Source: Candidatus Latescibacterota bacterium
Lineage (GTDB): Bacteria; Latescibacterota; UBA2968; GCA-2709665
Length of the DNA: 64,000 bases
Direction of reading: 5' to 3'
Assembly: GCA_965208835.1 (NCBI GenBank)
Contig: OZ242358.1
Span: 1,856,001-1,920,000, forward strand
The notes under the pieces are model-generated. The model worked only from the letters and a program-made list of their open reading frames with translations, did no database searches and had not been told where the DNA came from. Position numbers and translations under genes: made by a program. This document shows positions 1 to 10,275 of the stretch, piece by piece. The first letter of the stretch is position 1, and the number at the start of each line of letters is the position of its first letter.

Positions 1-724
1 ACTGCCGGAAGATCTCGAAGGTTTCCTTCCATGCCTCCGCCCTGCCGAGAAGATGGTTGCGGATGTGGGCCGCGTAGATGCCCCCGTAGGACGCCGCCAC
101 TTTGCAGAGTGCGACCAGCTCGCGCAGGTCCGAATTCGCGCTCGGCTGGTAGTCCAGCCCCAGGCAGAGGCAGCCCGCGCCGGCTTCCATCCACTGCCGC
201 ACCAGGTCCGCCATCGCGTCGATCTGCGAATCGGAAGCCGGTCCGGGCGCCCAGCCGCAAACGTTGAGGCGCACCGCACAGTGGGGCACCTGCGGGTAGA
301 CGTTGCACGGGCTGTTGCCTGGAAAGAGGTTCAGGTAGTCTTCGATGGTTTCCCAGGTCAGGTCGATATCGGCCGTGCCGGCGATGAAGCGGGTGTATTC
401 CCACATCTGGCCGCGCAGGACCGGAGGCAGCGGGGCCCATCCGAATCCGTCCGGCGCGAGAAGCTGGGTGGTAATGCCCTGTACGACGCCCGCAAACCGG
501 TGCCTTCCGGCCAGCAGGGCGGGTTCGCAATGCACGTGGACGTCGATGAAGCCGGGGCAGACCGCGTGGCCCCGGGCATCGATCTCCCGGTCGGCTCGGG
601 CGTCCGCCAGGTCGCCCACGGCGGCGATACGGTCGCCCTGCACGGCGACGTCGGCGGAGAATGGTTCCCGGAGGCCGGTCCCGTCAACCACGAGGCCGTT
701 GCGGATGAGGACGTCGAAAGTCAT
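1..724 (-). CDS. N-acyl-D-amino-acid deacylase / amidohydrolase family protein (3' end runs off the window)
   Basis: Manual translation from ATG at 724: MTFDVLIRNGLVVDGTG...DVAVQGDRIAAVG...PGFIDVHVH...QGITT, a typical D-aminoacylase N-terminus. Absent from the ORF track because no stop lies in the window. Confidence 0.85.
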   Translation of the reverse strand, partial: MTFDVLIRNGLVVDGTGLREPFSADVAVQGDRIAAVGDLADARADREIDARGHAVCPGFIDVHVHCEPALLAGRHRFAGVVQGITTQLLAPDGFGWAPLPPVLRGQMWEYTRFIAGTADIDLTWETIEDYLNLFPGNSPCNVYPQVPHCAVRLNVCGWAPGPASDSQIDAMADLVRQWMEAGAGCLCLGLDYQPSANSDLRELVALCKVAASYGGIYAAHIRNHLLGRAEAWKETFEIFRQ

Positions 725-778
725 GGGCTTCGCCTTCCGGGATTCACAATACCGGTTGCATTGCATCGCCGCTTCTGA

Positions 779-966
779 GAAGCTGTTTTAAAATTACCGG
801 TGCGTTCCCGAGCGCGAGCGAAAAAGTGGCGGTCAAGGCGGGAAAATCCGCCCATATTCAATGTATCGTGGCTGCGCGCCCCTCGCCACTCTTGGGTGGA
901 TTTGACCAACGCCGACCGGCGCCTTTGCAGCCGCGCGAAGACCGCTGGGAATTTTAAGACAGCTTC
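779..966. mobile_element. MITE family A, copy 1 (188 bp)
   Basis: Terminal inverted repeats GAAGCTGTTTTAAAATT / AATTTTAAGACAGCTTC, flanked by TGA on both sides. Homologous copies at 4117, 21265 and 28225. Confidence 0.85.
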
Positions 967-1021
967 TGAGGCCAGAAGATAAATACGATTTGCTGGCGGC
1001 GCACCGGAATTGTGGCGACGC

Positions 1022-2989
1022 CTACCAGTCGTTCAGTTTGTGTCCGTCTCCGTTGAACCAGACGACATCCGCGATAACCCCCAGCCCGACGCCGGCAAGG
1101 TATCCCATGAACATCCCCAGAAACAGGGGCGCCATGCGTCTATAGCTGTTGAGGCCGCCGAATTTCATAATCAGGGCCTTGGTGAGCCATGTGATGAATA
1201 TGGAGGTGACGCTGCTTCTGAGCACGTTGGAGGCGGAAATGGTGAATCCGATGGGGTGGACCGGGAATCCCGGAAAGCGGTATCTCAGGAAGACGAGGAG
1301 GCCGGTGAACGCTGCGCCGATGGCGAAGAACCCGACGCGGTCCCAGCTCGTGCCGGCGGTCCCTTCCTGGATGCGGGCGGCCGTATATCGCCAGATGCCC
1401 ACGGCGCCGTCGCCGGAGCCGTTGAAGCTGACCACGCCGAAGTTGTAGCTGCCCACACCGTAATAGCCGTGGTAGAGGATGAAAGCGATGACGGAAAGGG
1501 CGCCACCCAGGGCGCCCAGGAGGACCCCGGGCGCCAGCAGGCGCCGCCGTTCCGGCCGCATGGCCATGCCGAGCCTCGGGATGTGGGCAAGGGCGGTGAT
1601 CGCCCAGGTCTTCGCGTCGCAGAAAAAGGTGTAGGTCAGGCCCAGAGCAACCGCGCTGTGCGCGCCCATTCCTGTAATGCCGAACAGGTGCCACGTGAAC
1701 GCCTGCGCCGTAATGGGCCCCCTCAGGTACACGAGGCCGCTTTCCACGATGATGCGAGCCAGGCCCAGGTAGAGTACGAGGGTGGCGAACCAGAAGGCGA
1801 GCAGGGGGCCGGCGGCCATCCCCGCACGGAAGAGCCACACGAGCAGGTAGGCGCAACCTGCCAGCAGAAGGTATACCGCCGCGCGGTAGGAGATGAGTTC
1901 GTTTGAGTCGTCGATATGGCCGACCCTTTCAACGCGGTTCGCATCCGCTGTACTCGAGAACGCTTTCCTGAATACGGCGGCCAGGTGGCTCCGCGCGACC
2001 CAGACCCCCCATCCGGCGAAGACGGTGAGGCCGCCGAAGCTCTGCCAGCCGATGGCGGGGTCGAAGGAACACCACATATCCGAACTGCCGATGCTGAAAC
2101 CCAGGCGATTGAAGACACCGACCTGCAGGATGGCCAGCAGGTGAAAGAGCCAGATGCTGAGCAGGACGCTGGATTCGGTGAAATACGCGAACGCGATCGT
2201 CATGGGATGAATGGAGAATGCAAAGTAGGGAAAACCCTGACCGATCCGGATGATCTTTCGGCTGAGGACGGTCATGGGCACGTCCAGGACGGGAATGGCT
2301 CTGACGAACCAGGTCGCGATGTTCCAGCAGAAGATGGCGACGATCAGCCAGAAACCGAATCGGAACAGACGCGACCGGACCAGGGTGGACAGGCTGCGCT
2401 CGGAACCGGAAACCCCCGTAAGTTCCAGCACGGCGGTGGCGATCGGAAACGTGAGGCGTTCGTTGTCCATCCACTGTTTCCGCAGAATCACGACCAGGCA
2501 GAAGCTGACTGTGAGCACCGATCCGAGGAATCCGGCCCACCAGAAAACCGGCGCCGCCCAGGCGCTCCAGGGAAATTCCTGGCCCTTGAACAGACTCTCG
2601 TAGAAGCCGGTGGTGGCCGCCGGTTCCGCGACAATGGTCCACGACGGGATTCTGGCAATCAGGTGGTCTGCCCATTGGTTTTCCGGCGTGGCGAAGTAGG
2701 TGGGCGCCGTGACCACGCCGAGCAGATATCCCGAGAGCCACTCTCCCTGCATCGTCGCGGCAACCATTCCGATACAGCAGATGGCCAGCAATTCCGAGGC
2801 CGAAAGCCCGCGGCCGCGTCGATACAGGGGGAGGTTGAGTCCGAGCAGGCAGATGAAGGGAATCAGGAGGCCTACCGACAAATGCGCGTAGTCGGCGCGC
2901 GAGGAATGCGCGATGAGGCTGGAGTAGGTGGGCCAGAGGTTGACCCAGACGGCCATGGCCAGGCCAAGGAAGAGCGCGCGCAGCGTCAT
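1022..2989 (-). CDS. DUF6785/DUF6784-like polytopic membrane protein (655 aa)
   Basis: Many TM helices, QWMDNERLTFP motif and C-terminal FPVHPIG; paralog of 55845..57851. Confidence 0.75.
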   Translation of the reverse strand: MTLRALFLGLAMAVWVNLWPTYSSLIAHSSRADYAHLSVGLLIPFICLLGLNLPLYRRGRGLSASELLAICCIGMVAATMQGEWLSGYLLGVVTAPTYFATPENQWADHLIARIPSWTIVAEPAATTGFYESLFKGQEFPWSAWAAPVFWWAGFLGSVLTVSFCLVVILRKQWMDNERLTFPIATAVLELTGVSGSERSLSTLVRSRLFRFGFWLIVAIFCWNIATWFVRAIPVLDVPMTVLSRKIIRIGQGFPYFAFSIHPMTIAFAYFTESSVLLSIWLFHLLAILQVGVFNRLGFSIGSSDMWCSFDPAIGWQSFGGLTVFAGWGVWVARSHLAAVFRKAFSSTADANRVERVGHIDDSNELISYRAAVYLLLAGCAYLLVWLFRAGMAAGPLLAFWFATLVLYLGLARIIVESGLVYLRGPITAQAFTWHLFGITGMGAHSAVALGLTYTFFCDAKTWAITALAHIPRLGMAMRPERRRLLAPGVLLGALGGALSVIAFILYHGYYGVGSYNFGVVSFNGSGDGAVGIWRYTAARIQEGTAGTSWDRVGFFAIGAAFTGLLVFLRYRFPGFPVHPIGFTISASNVLRSSVTSIFITWLTKALIMKFGGLNSYRRMAPLFLGMFMGYLAGVGLGVIADVVWFNGDGHKLNDW

Positions 2990-3038
2990 GGTGTCCGCCG
3001 TCGGATGTGCCGGAACGGGATGAGGCGCTGTATCCAGC

Positions 3039-4091
3039 CTACAAACTTCCGGATACCGCGATTTTTATGGCGTCCCTACCGTCCAGACGGTAGCTGCCCG
3101 CCAGGGAGTTGAAGCCTTCGGGCACGCGATCCAGCGCGATGGTGTGGCTGACCATATCGGCAAAGGGGAATTCGTTTTTTTCAAGGATGGGAAGGCCACG
3201 CACGAAGTGATCGGGGGAACTCGCCCAGACGGCTTCGAAGCGCAGGTTCTTTCGCATGAACATCCGGTTCGGGTTGCATTCGAAAGAACCGACGTCGACG
3301 AAATGGCCCATTTCAACGTAGGTGCCGTCCTGGCGAAGGTAGTCCAGACCTTCGGGCAGGGCCTGCAGAAAGCCGGCGCACTCGAACACAACGTCGGCCC
3401 CGGACCCTCGAGGCGTGCTGTCTCTAACCACTCGTTTTCGTTCTTCCGGGTCCGGGACTTCGGCGATGTCGACGGTGACGTCCGCGCCGATCTCGCGGGC
3501 GAGGTCCAGTCGTCCGGGTGGTCCCCCGACCATGATCAACCGGCCCGCGCCGCTGACTTTCGCGCAGATGAGGGTGACGAGGCCGATGGCGCCCGAACCC
3601 TGAACGACGACGGTGTCGCCAAATTGAATACCCGCCCGCATCACGCCGTGTACGCCGATTGTGAAGGGCTCCAGCAGGACGGCGACCTCGGCCGGCAGAT
3701 CGGTCTTGAAGAAAACGGTCTCCGGATTCCAGAGGTAGATGTATTCCCCAAATCCGCCCCGAAGATAGGGCTGTTCTCCGGCGGGGATGAATCCGTATGC
3801 GCCCTGAGACGTTCCGGGCACCAGGGCGATCCGGTCACCGGTTCTGACGGGGCGTCCCAGGTGGTCATGGGTCACGCCGTCGCCGAGTGTGTCGACGATT
3901 CCCACGTTTTCATGTCCCAGAATGACCTCGTCTTCCAGCCTCTGGTGTTCCCAGTTGTGCAGGTCGGTGCCGCAGATACCGGCCAGCTCCTGTCTCAACA
4001 GGACCGTACCGGGCGCCGGTTCGGGGACGGGGTACTCACGTATTTCAAAGCGTTCACCGACGATAACCGAGGCGCGACCGGTCCTGGGCAT
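3039..4091 (-). CDS. Zinc-binding (MDR family) alcohol dehydrogenase
   Basis: GICGTDLH, LGHE and GSGAIG motifs. Confidence 0.9.
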   Translation of the reverse strand: MPRTGRASVIVGERFEIREYPVPEPAPGTVLLRQELAGICGTDLHNWEHQRLEDEVILGHENVGIVDTLGDGVTHDHLGRPVRTGDRIALVPGTSQGAYGFIPAGEQPYLRGGFGEYIYLWNPETVFFKTDLPAEVAVLLEPFTIGVHGVMRAGIQFGDTVVVQGSGAIGLVTLICAKVSGAGRLIMVGGPPGRLDLAREIGADVTVDIAEVPDPEERKRVVRDSTPRGSGADVVFECAGFLQALPEGLDYLRQDGTYVEMGHFVDVGSFECNPNRMFMRKNLRFEAVWASSPDHFVRGLPILEKNEFPFADMVSHTIALDRVPEGFNSLAGSYRLDGRDAIKIAVSGSL

Positions 4092-4116
4092 GGGTAAGTC
4101 CCTCCCTCCGACTTTA

Positions 4117-4278
4117 GAAGCTGTCTTAAAACCCCCCTGCGGTCTTCGCGCGGCTGCAAAAGCGTCGGTCTGCGTTGGTCAAATCCACCCGTATACCCAA
4201 ATATGGGCGAATTCACCCGCCTTGACCGACACATTTTCGCGCGCGCTCGGGACTCACCAGGAATTTTAAAACAGCTTC
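4117..4278. mobile_element. MITE family A, copy 2 (inverted, internally deleted, 162 bp)
   Basis: GAAGCTGTCTTAAAA...TTTTAAAACAGCTTC flanked by TTA/TTA; reverse-complement match to 779..966. Confidence 0.85.
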
Positions 4279-4292
4279 TTAGGTCGGATGTG

Positions 4293-5093
4293 TCAGGATT
4301 GCGCGTAGAAACGTATATTCGGGATGTTTCCGATGCTGCCCGTTTCGTGTGCGTATCTGAAAAAAAGGTTCAGACCCTCCAGTTCGACCTCGCCAAAGTC
4401 GTAGCGGATCTTGTTGCCCATGAAGTCGGCATAGAATTCGGCCGAACCCGAATGGGACGTCGCGCATTTCGCCGCAATTGCGGGGATCTCACGGACACCC
4501 AGCGCCTTTGCCCGGATCAGCTGCCGGGTCTGCTCGGGATCCAGCGCGTCGGACCGACCCGCCCAGCAGGCGTAGACGAACGGAAGCCCCGTAAGCTCGG
4601 TCCAGGCTTCACCCAGGTCGATCACGCAACAGGACGTCGTATCCACGGCGAGCGCCGCGTCTCCGATGATGACGGCGGCATCTGCGCGATTCAGCATGCG
4701 TCCGGCGTCGGGAGGCATGTGGAGGACATTGGGCCTGCACCGGTATCTTTTCTGCAATAGAATTCGGCTGAGGACGGCGGAGGTCCGGGAGTTGACGTCC
4801 AGGGCGAGCGTCCGGATATCGGCAGGGTCTCTGCGGTGCAGGAGCAGTACGCTTCGGACCGGGCCCCGGGAGGAGATACTGACTTCGGGCACGATGCTGT
4901 ATGGAACGTCCCCGCGGGCGATTTCGATGGAGGGGATGAGGGCAGCGTCGGTTTCACCGCTGTGAAGCCGTTCCGCGCAGCGGGACGGCACGTCGTAGGC
5001 GAGATCGAAGTGGTGTTCGATTTGGCCGGTCTCCAGTGCATGCACCAGAGGACGGGTGTTCAGGAACGAGACCACGGCGAGGCGGGTTGCCAT
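4293..5093 (-). CDS. mqnA: Chorismate dehydratase MqnA (futalosine menaquinone pathway)
   Basis: VSFLNTRPL, SRTS and DLGEAW..LTGLPFVYA motifs; adjacent to mqnC and mqnE. Start set to ATG 5093. Confidence 0.88.
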   Translation of the reverse strand: MATRLAVVSFLNTRPLVHALETGQIEHHFDLAYDVPSRCAERLHSGETDAALIPSIEIARGDVPYSIVPEVSISSRGPVRSVLLLHRRDPADIRTLALDVNSRTSAVLSRILLQKRYRCRPNVLHMPPDAGRMLNRADAAVIIGDAALAVDTTSCCVIDLGEAWTELTGLPFVYACWAGRSDALDPEQTRQLIRAKALGVREIPAIAAKCATSHSGSAEFYADFMGNKIRYDFGEVELEGLNLFFRYAHETGSIGNIPNIRFYAQS

Positions 5094-5104
5094 TCGCACG
5101 GCTT

Positions 5105-6205
5105 TCAGTTCACCATTTCGTACCGGGTGTTGCGTCTCGCCGGCCGGTAGCCGGCGCCCCGGATGAGGCGTAACATCGTGGGAAGGGTCATTTCGTTTGT
5201 GTGGCTGGTGCCTGCGGCGGAGACGACGTTTTCCTCCATCATGGTGCTGCCGAAGTCGTTGACACCGTATTTGAGGCCGACCTGGGCGATCTTGGGACCT
5301 TGGGTCACCCACGAGGCTTGAAAACTTGGAATGTTGTCCAGAAACAGGCGGGAGACCGCAATGGTGCGCAGGTAATCGTATCCTGTGGCTATCCTGCCGT
5401 TCCAGCGGGCGTTGTCGGCGGCCAGATCGGTATCGTCCGGCTGGAAATTCCACGCGATGAACGCCGTCAGACCGCCGGTATCGTCCTGGAGGTCCCGGAT
5501 GTGTTTCAGGTGTTCGAGCCGCTGGTCGACGGATTCGACGTGGCCGTACATCATGGTGGCGGTGGTGTGCATGCCCAGTTCATGCGCGGCGCGATGCACG
5601 GCCAGCCATTCGTGCACGCGGTCCTTCCGAAAGCCGATGATATCCCGGACGTCGTCCGACAGGATCTCGGCCCCGGCCCCGGGAATGGAGTCCAGGCCGG
5701 CGTCCCGGAGTCGTCGAATGCAGTCCGGGATCGTCAGCCGCGAAATGTGCGCGACGTAGATGATTTCGGTGGCCGACAGGCAGTGCTGGTGGACCGACGG
5801 ATAGCGTTCCCGAATGCTGGAGAAGAGTTCTTCGTAGTAGTCGATGCGCAGCTTGGGATTCAGGCCGCCCTGCATGAGTATTTCATTGGACTTGGGAGTC
5901 TGCCCCCCCGCGGCCACCAGTTCGTCGATCTTCCGGAAGATCTGTTCCCGTGGCAGGACGTATCCCTCGCCGGATCCGGGCGGGCGGTAGAACGCGCAGA
6001 AATCGCATCGCACCCAGCAGACGTTGGTGTAGTTGATGTTGCGGCCGATGTTGTACGTGACCACGTCTTCGGGCCATCTGCGCCTTCGTACGGCGTCCGC
6101 AAGCATGCCCAGTTCCGTAACGTTGGGATGCGCCATCAGCCGCCGGGCGTCTTCTACCGTGATACGTTCTTCCGCGTCGACCTTTTCGGCGATATCGTCG
6201 ATCAT
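5105..6205 (-). CDS. mqnC: Cyclic dehypoxanthinyl futalosine synthase MqnC (radical SAM)
   Basis: NINYTNVCWVRCDFCAF, LMQGG, PGAGAEIL, QASWVTQG and DFGSTMMEENVV. Confidence 0.9.
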   Translation of the reverse strand: MIDDIAEKVDAEERITVEDARRLMAHPNVTELGMLADAVRRRRWPEDVVTYNIGRNINYTNVCWVRCDFCAFYRPPGSGEGYVLPREQIFRKIDELVAAGGQTPKSNEILMQGGLNPKLRIDYYEELFSSIRERYPSVHQHCLSATEIIYVAHISRLTIPDCIRRLRDAGLDSIPGAGAEILSDDVRDIIGFRKDRVHEWLAVHRAAHELGMHTTATMMYGHVESVDQRLEHLKHIRDLQDDTGGLTAFIAWNFQPDDTDLAADNARWNGRIATGYDYLRTIAVSRLFLDNIPSFQASWVTQGPKIAQVGLKYGVNDFGSTMMEENVVSAAGTSHTNEMTLPTMLRLIRGAGYRPARRNTRYEMVN

Positions 6206-6254
6206 CGATCCGTTCTCCGGGGCAGAATGAGCTTTTCCTCGAGTCGATAAATTA

Positions 6255-6333
6255 CAACCGTTTTATTGGCCACAAAAGGCGCAAGACGCACAAAAGGATT
6301 CGGTGCGAAACGACATGTGTCGTTACGCCGTGA
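6255..6333. repeat. Dispersed intergenic repeat family C, copy 1
   Basis: Reverse complement aligns with 20485..20554; contains GGCCACAAAAGGC and the palindrome AACGAC-ATGT-GTCGTT. Confidence 0.7.
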
Positions 6334-6354
6334 TCCTGCGGCCCCCGATAGGCT

Positions 6355-7506
6355 TCACGGAAGCACGGGCAGCTCGCCGGGAACGGCGACGGGTTCACCG
6401 TCTTCCGTGACGTCCGGCCCCGCGTGGAGTTCTTTGTAGAGATTGTCGCGTTCCGCCGGCTCCCGACCGGCTTCGATAATGCGTTCCACCAGTTGCTTCC
6501 GGGTGAGTACCTGACGGGTCTCCTCGTACGTGCGCCTGGTGATTTCGTATTCCTGGATGGTGCCGTCGATGTCGTCCGCGCCGTACCACAGGGCGACCTG
6601 TGAGATTTCGATGGTGTTCATGATCCAGAACGACTTGATATGCGGGAAGTTGTCCAGCATGAGGCGGGCGACGGCGATTTCGCGCAGGTCGGCTTCGCCG
6701 GTGGGTGCCGGAAGGTCTTCCAGTTCGGTGCGTTCGGGGTGAAAGGAAAGCGGGATGTAGGCCAGAAAACCGCGGGTCACGTCCTGGAGCTCACGCAGGC
6801 TGACCAGATGCCGGACCCGTTCGTCCGGATTTTCGATATGGCCGTAGAGCATCGTGGCGTTGGTGGGCAGGCCGACTTCGTGCGCGGTGCGGGCAACCCG
6901 CATCCATTCGTCGGAGTCGGCCTTGGTCCAGAACATCTCCGCCTGAACACGATCACTGAAGACTTCGGCGCCTCCGCCCGGGATCGACGAAACGCCCGCC
7001 GCCTTGAGTTCGAGCATGACCTCCCGGAGCGGTTTTTTGGCGGCTCTGGCAATCTGCACCCACTCGATCGCCGTAAAGGCCTTCACTGCGACGTCAGGAC
7101 GGATTTCCTTGACGGCCTGGACGATGTCGATATAGTAGGAATAGGGCAGCTTGGGGTTGATTCCCGCGACCATGTGGATTTCGGTGATGGGGATGTGCAG
7201 ATATTGTCTCACGCGTTCCTGAATGTCTTCGGGAGAGAGCACATATCCCCGACTGTCTTTCGGCGGCACGTAGAAGGAGCAGAATCTGCAGAGCTTGTTG
7301 CAGATGTTGGTGTAGTTGATGTGCTGGTTGCGCACGTACCAGGCCACGTTCCCGCATAGCCGCTCGCGGACGATATTGGCCATGTACCCCACCGCGTTCA
7401 GATTCGCCGTATCGTAAAGGCGCATGCCGTCACCGGCGGAAAGGCGTTCGCCTGCGATGACTTTCTCGTAGATGTCGTAGAGTTCGCCTGGAATCTTCGG
7501 TTCCAC
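6355..7506 (-). CDS. mqnE: Aminofutalosine synthase MqnE (radical SAM)
   Basis: HINYTNICNKLCRFCSF, KAFTAIE, PGGGAE, NATMLYGHIE and HIKSFW; GTG start at 7506 after a GGAG RBS. Confidence 0.88.
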   Translation of the reverse strand: MEPKIPGELYDIYEKVIAGERLSAGDGMRLYDTANLNAVGYMANIVRERLCGNVAWYVRNQHINYTNICNKLCRFCSFYVPPKDSRGYVLSPEDIQERVRQYLHIPITEIHMVAGINPKLPYSYYIDIVQAVKEIRPDVAVKAFTAIEWVQIARAAKKPLREVMLELKAAGVSSIPGGGAEVFSDRVQAEMFWTKADSDEWMRVARTAHEVGLPTNATMLYGHIENPDERVRHLVSLRELQDVTRGFLAYIPLSFHPERTELEDLPAPTGEADLREIAVARLMLDNFPHIKSFWIMNTIEISQVALWYGADDIDGTIQEYEITRRTYEETRQVLTRKQLVERIIEAGREPAERDNLYKELHAGPDVTEDGEPVAVPGELPVLP

Positions 7507-7564
7507 CGGGCACTCCTTCCGGTTGCGGCAGCGACCCGACCTGGACGGGCCCGCCGGCGGGCCT

Positions 7565-9265
7565 TCAATTCTGACTGAGCAGTTCGCGGGCGTGTTCCAT
7601 GGTAACGGCCGAGATTTTTTCTCCCCCCAGCAGCTTTGCAAGTTCACGGGCACGGTCTTCGTCGCCCAGGTGGATCACCCGCGTGACGGTTCGCCCGTTC
7701 GATACGTCCTTGTATACGGCCAGATGGGTGTCCGCCATCCTGGCGATCTGGGGGAGGTGGGTAATGCAGATGGTCTGGCGCGCGAGCGACAGGCTCTTGA
7801 GATTCCGTCCCACCACGTCCGCGATACGGCCGGATATGCCAATATCAATCTCGTCGAAGATGAGAACCTGGACCGGATCGGATTGGGAGAGCACGGATTT
7901 CAGGGCAAGCATGATCCGGGACACTTCGCCGCCGGAAGCCACCTTGACAAGCGGCCTGAGGGCCTCGCCGGGGTTCGTGGAGATGTGGAATTCCACGCGC
8001 TCGATGCCCTTCGGACCCGCACGATACTGTCGCCTGTCAATGTTTACCCAACCCTCGGGCGACTCTTCACGGATAAGCTCAACGTGGAACTTGGCCCCCG
8101 GAATCCCCAGATCGCCGAGCGCGTCCGTGGTTTCGCGGGAGAGGTCGCGGGCGGCGGCTTCACGGCCTCTTGAGAGCTCCGCGCACAGTTCCGCCAGGCT
8201 CGCGCGGGCGGCGTCGATTTCGCCCTGGATTTCCGCGATCGAACGGTCCAGAAGCTCCGATTGCGCGAGTTCCTCTTCCGCGTTCTCCCGGTATTCAAGC
8301 ACCGTCTGAATGCTGCCCCCGTATTTCGTCTTCAGATGTGTCAGGAGATCCAGGCGACCGGCGACCTCCGCCAGACGCTCCGGATTATGCTCGACGCCGC
8401 GCGCGTAGTCCGCGAAAAAACGGGCGAGTTCTTCGATCGCGTAACGCTGGCCGGCCAGTTCATCGGCTTGAGTGCCGAGCGATTCGTCCATCTGGACTGC
8501 GTCTTTCAGGAGTTGCTCTGCCGCACCCAGACGATCCACGATGGAGTCGTCCCCCTGGTAGAGCAGGGCTTCGAGATGCATGGCGGATTCGATCAGGCGT
8601 TCGGCATGGGTAAGCAGCGATCGTTCCTGAACGAGACGCTCGTCCTCGTCCGGCTCAGGGTCTGCCGCGGCGATTTCTTCAACCTGGAATTTCAGTAGTT
8701 CCCTCCGGTCCCGCGAGCGTCCGGCTTTGGCGTCGGCGCTCGCCTGCCTTTCCAGGAGGTCAGACAGACGACGGTGGGCCGCGCCGACCGACTCCCGGAT
8801 TTCTCCCAAACCGGCGAAACCGTCCAGGAAGTCGATATGCCGTTCGGTGTAGAGAAGAGACTGGTGATCGTGTTGTCCATGGAGGTCAACCAGGGCCCTT
8901 GCCAGGGTGAGCAGGCTGCGGAGGGGAACGGCGAAACCGTTGACGAAACAGCGGCTGCGGCCGCTCGCAACGACCTCCCTGCGCACGATAAGTTCACCCT
9001 GGTCGGCCTCAATGCCCATGGCGTCCAGGAGGGACAGACACCGGTGATCGGATTGCAGCTGAAAAACGGCCTCGACGAGACAACGCCTTTCGCTGGTTCG
9101 AATCACGTCCGGGCTCGCCCGCGTTCCGAGAACCAGGCCAAGGGCGCCAATGAGGATGGACTTGCCCGCGCCGGTCTCACCCGTGATAATGTTCAACCCG
9201 GGACGAAAATCGATTTCAACCCTGTCGATCAACGCGTAGTTGACCACCAGCAGACGGCAAAGCAC
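7565..9265 (-). CDS. recN: DNA repair protein RecN
   Basis: TGETGAGKS, LHGQHDHQ, ASGGEVSR, FDEID and ITHLPQIA. Confidence 0.97.
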   Translation of the reverse strand: MLCRLLVVNYALIDRVEIDFRPGLNIITGETGAGKSILIGALGLVLGTRASPDVIRTSERRCLVEAVFQLQSDHRCLSLLDAMGIEADQGELIVRREVVASGRSRCFVNGFAVPLRSLLTLARALVDLHGQHDHQSLLYTERHIDFLDGFAGLGEIRESVGAAHRRLSDLLERQASADAKAGRSRDRRELLKFQVEEIAAADPEPDEDERLVQERSLLTHAERLIESAMHLEALLYQGDDSIVDRLGAAEQLLKDAVQMDESLGTQADELAGQRYAIEELARFFADYARGVEHNPERLAEVAGRLDLLTHLKTKYGGSIQTVLEYRENAEEELAQSELLDRSIAEIQGEIDAARASLAELCAELSRGREAAARDLSRETTDALGDLGIPGAKFHVELIREESPEGWVNIDRRQYRAGPKGIERVEFHISTNPGEALRPLVKVASGGEVSRIMLALKSVLSQSDPVQVLIFDEIDIGISGRIADVVGRNLKSLSLARQTICITHLPQIARMADTHLAVYKDVSNGRTVTRVIHLGDEDRARELAKLLGGEKISAVTMEHARELLSQN

Positions 9266-9267
9266 GG

Positions 9268-10134
9268 TCAGGACTCCTGCAGCTCCCGCCGGTCGAGGCT
9301 CCAGTCCAGCTTGCGCCTGAGCAACTGATAGAAGGAAAGCCCCTGGAGGTTGATCAGGCGGGTGGTGTGGTCGGCCTGTCGGATGTGTACAGGTTCTTCG
9401 GGCTGGATGGGTGAGACGATCTGGCCATCGGCGGTTACCATGATATCGCTGTGTTCGGCGATTACCTGCACGGTGATCGACTGGTTGCCCGGGATGACTG
9501 CCGGGCGCAGGGAAAGAGAATGTGCGCAGATGGGCGTGACAATGAATGCCCGCATATCGGGGTGGAGGATCGGACCTCCCGCGGACAGGCTGTAGCTCGT
9601 GGACCCGGTCGGTGTGGATACGATGATGCCGTTCCCGAAAAAGGAACTGAACGGCGTATCGGAAATCCAGGTCTTCACCTGCACCAGCCTGGCGAGCACA
9701 GCCTTTTCGATGACGAATTCATTGAGCGCGAAAACCGAATTGTTACCGATTCTCGCCTCGAGGGCCATGCGTTCCTCCAGCTGGTATTCCCCCCGTTTCA
9801 GTCGGCCCAGACTCTCCCGCAACTCTTCGGGCGCGGCTCCGGCCAGAAAGCCCAGCCGGCCCAGATTGACACCCAGAATGGGCTTATGCGAAGATGCGAC
9901 CAGTTTGGCCGCCCGCAGTATGGTGCCGTCTCCGCCCATTGCAACGAGAATATCCGAGTGCCCGGCGAGCTCGGCGGCAGGACGGAAAGTGACCCCGCTG
10001 CAGACGCAGACATTCCTTAACGGTTCCTCCAGAATGAGCTCAATGTCCTGATCGTGAGCGAGTTGCACGAAATTCTGGATGATGGGACCGATGCCCTTCC
10101 GTTCGACATATGCAAGTATGCCAATGCGTCTCAT
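9268..10134 (-). CDS. nadK: NAD kinase
   Basis: GGDGT, NLGRLGFL, NE and TPTGSTSYSLSAGGP. Confidence 0.95.
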   Translation of the reverse strand: MRRIGILAYVERKGIGPIIQNFVQLAHDQDIELILEEPLRNVCVCSGVTFRPAAELAGHSDILVAMGGDGTILRAAKLVASSHKPILGVNLGRLGFLAGAAPEELRESLGRLKRGEYQLEERMALEARIGNNSVFALNEFVIEKAVLARLVQVKTWISDTPFSSFFGNGIIVSTPTGSTSYSLSAGGPILHPDMRAFIVTPICAHSLSLRPAVIPGNQSITVQVIAEHSDIMVTADGQIVSPIQPEEPVHIRQADHTTRLINLQGLSFYQLLRRKLDWSLDRRELQES

Positions 10135-10135
10135 A

Positions 10136-10275
10136 GACAGGATTAAGCAGGATTAAAAGGCAAAAACAGGCTCAGCACCGACGGAAGGATCAGTGCCAAG
10201 ACCCAACAGGATTAACGGCATTAGAACGAAAGAGCAAGATCAGAACCGACCAGGATTGACAGGATTAACAGGATC
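10136..10275. repeat. Clustered 9-mer (A)CAGGATTAA short repeats
   Basis: About six copies in three clusters: gacaggattaagcaggattaa, aacaggattaac and ccaggattgacaggattaacaggat. Confidence 0.7.

Noticed and set aside
721-982. Small ORFs (MVKSTQEWRG..., MRSRARAKKW...) that recur as an apparent N-terminal extension of the hisN-like ORF
   Set aside because: They are translations of MITE family A, not genes.
4293-7506. Incomplete futalosine pathway (no mqnB/mqnD) as a novelty
   Set aside because: mqn genes are often scattered, so absence from a 64-kb window is uninformative.
10136-10275. Possible CRISPR array
   Set aside because: Repeats are only 9 bp with irregular spacing, and there are no cas genes in the window.
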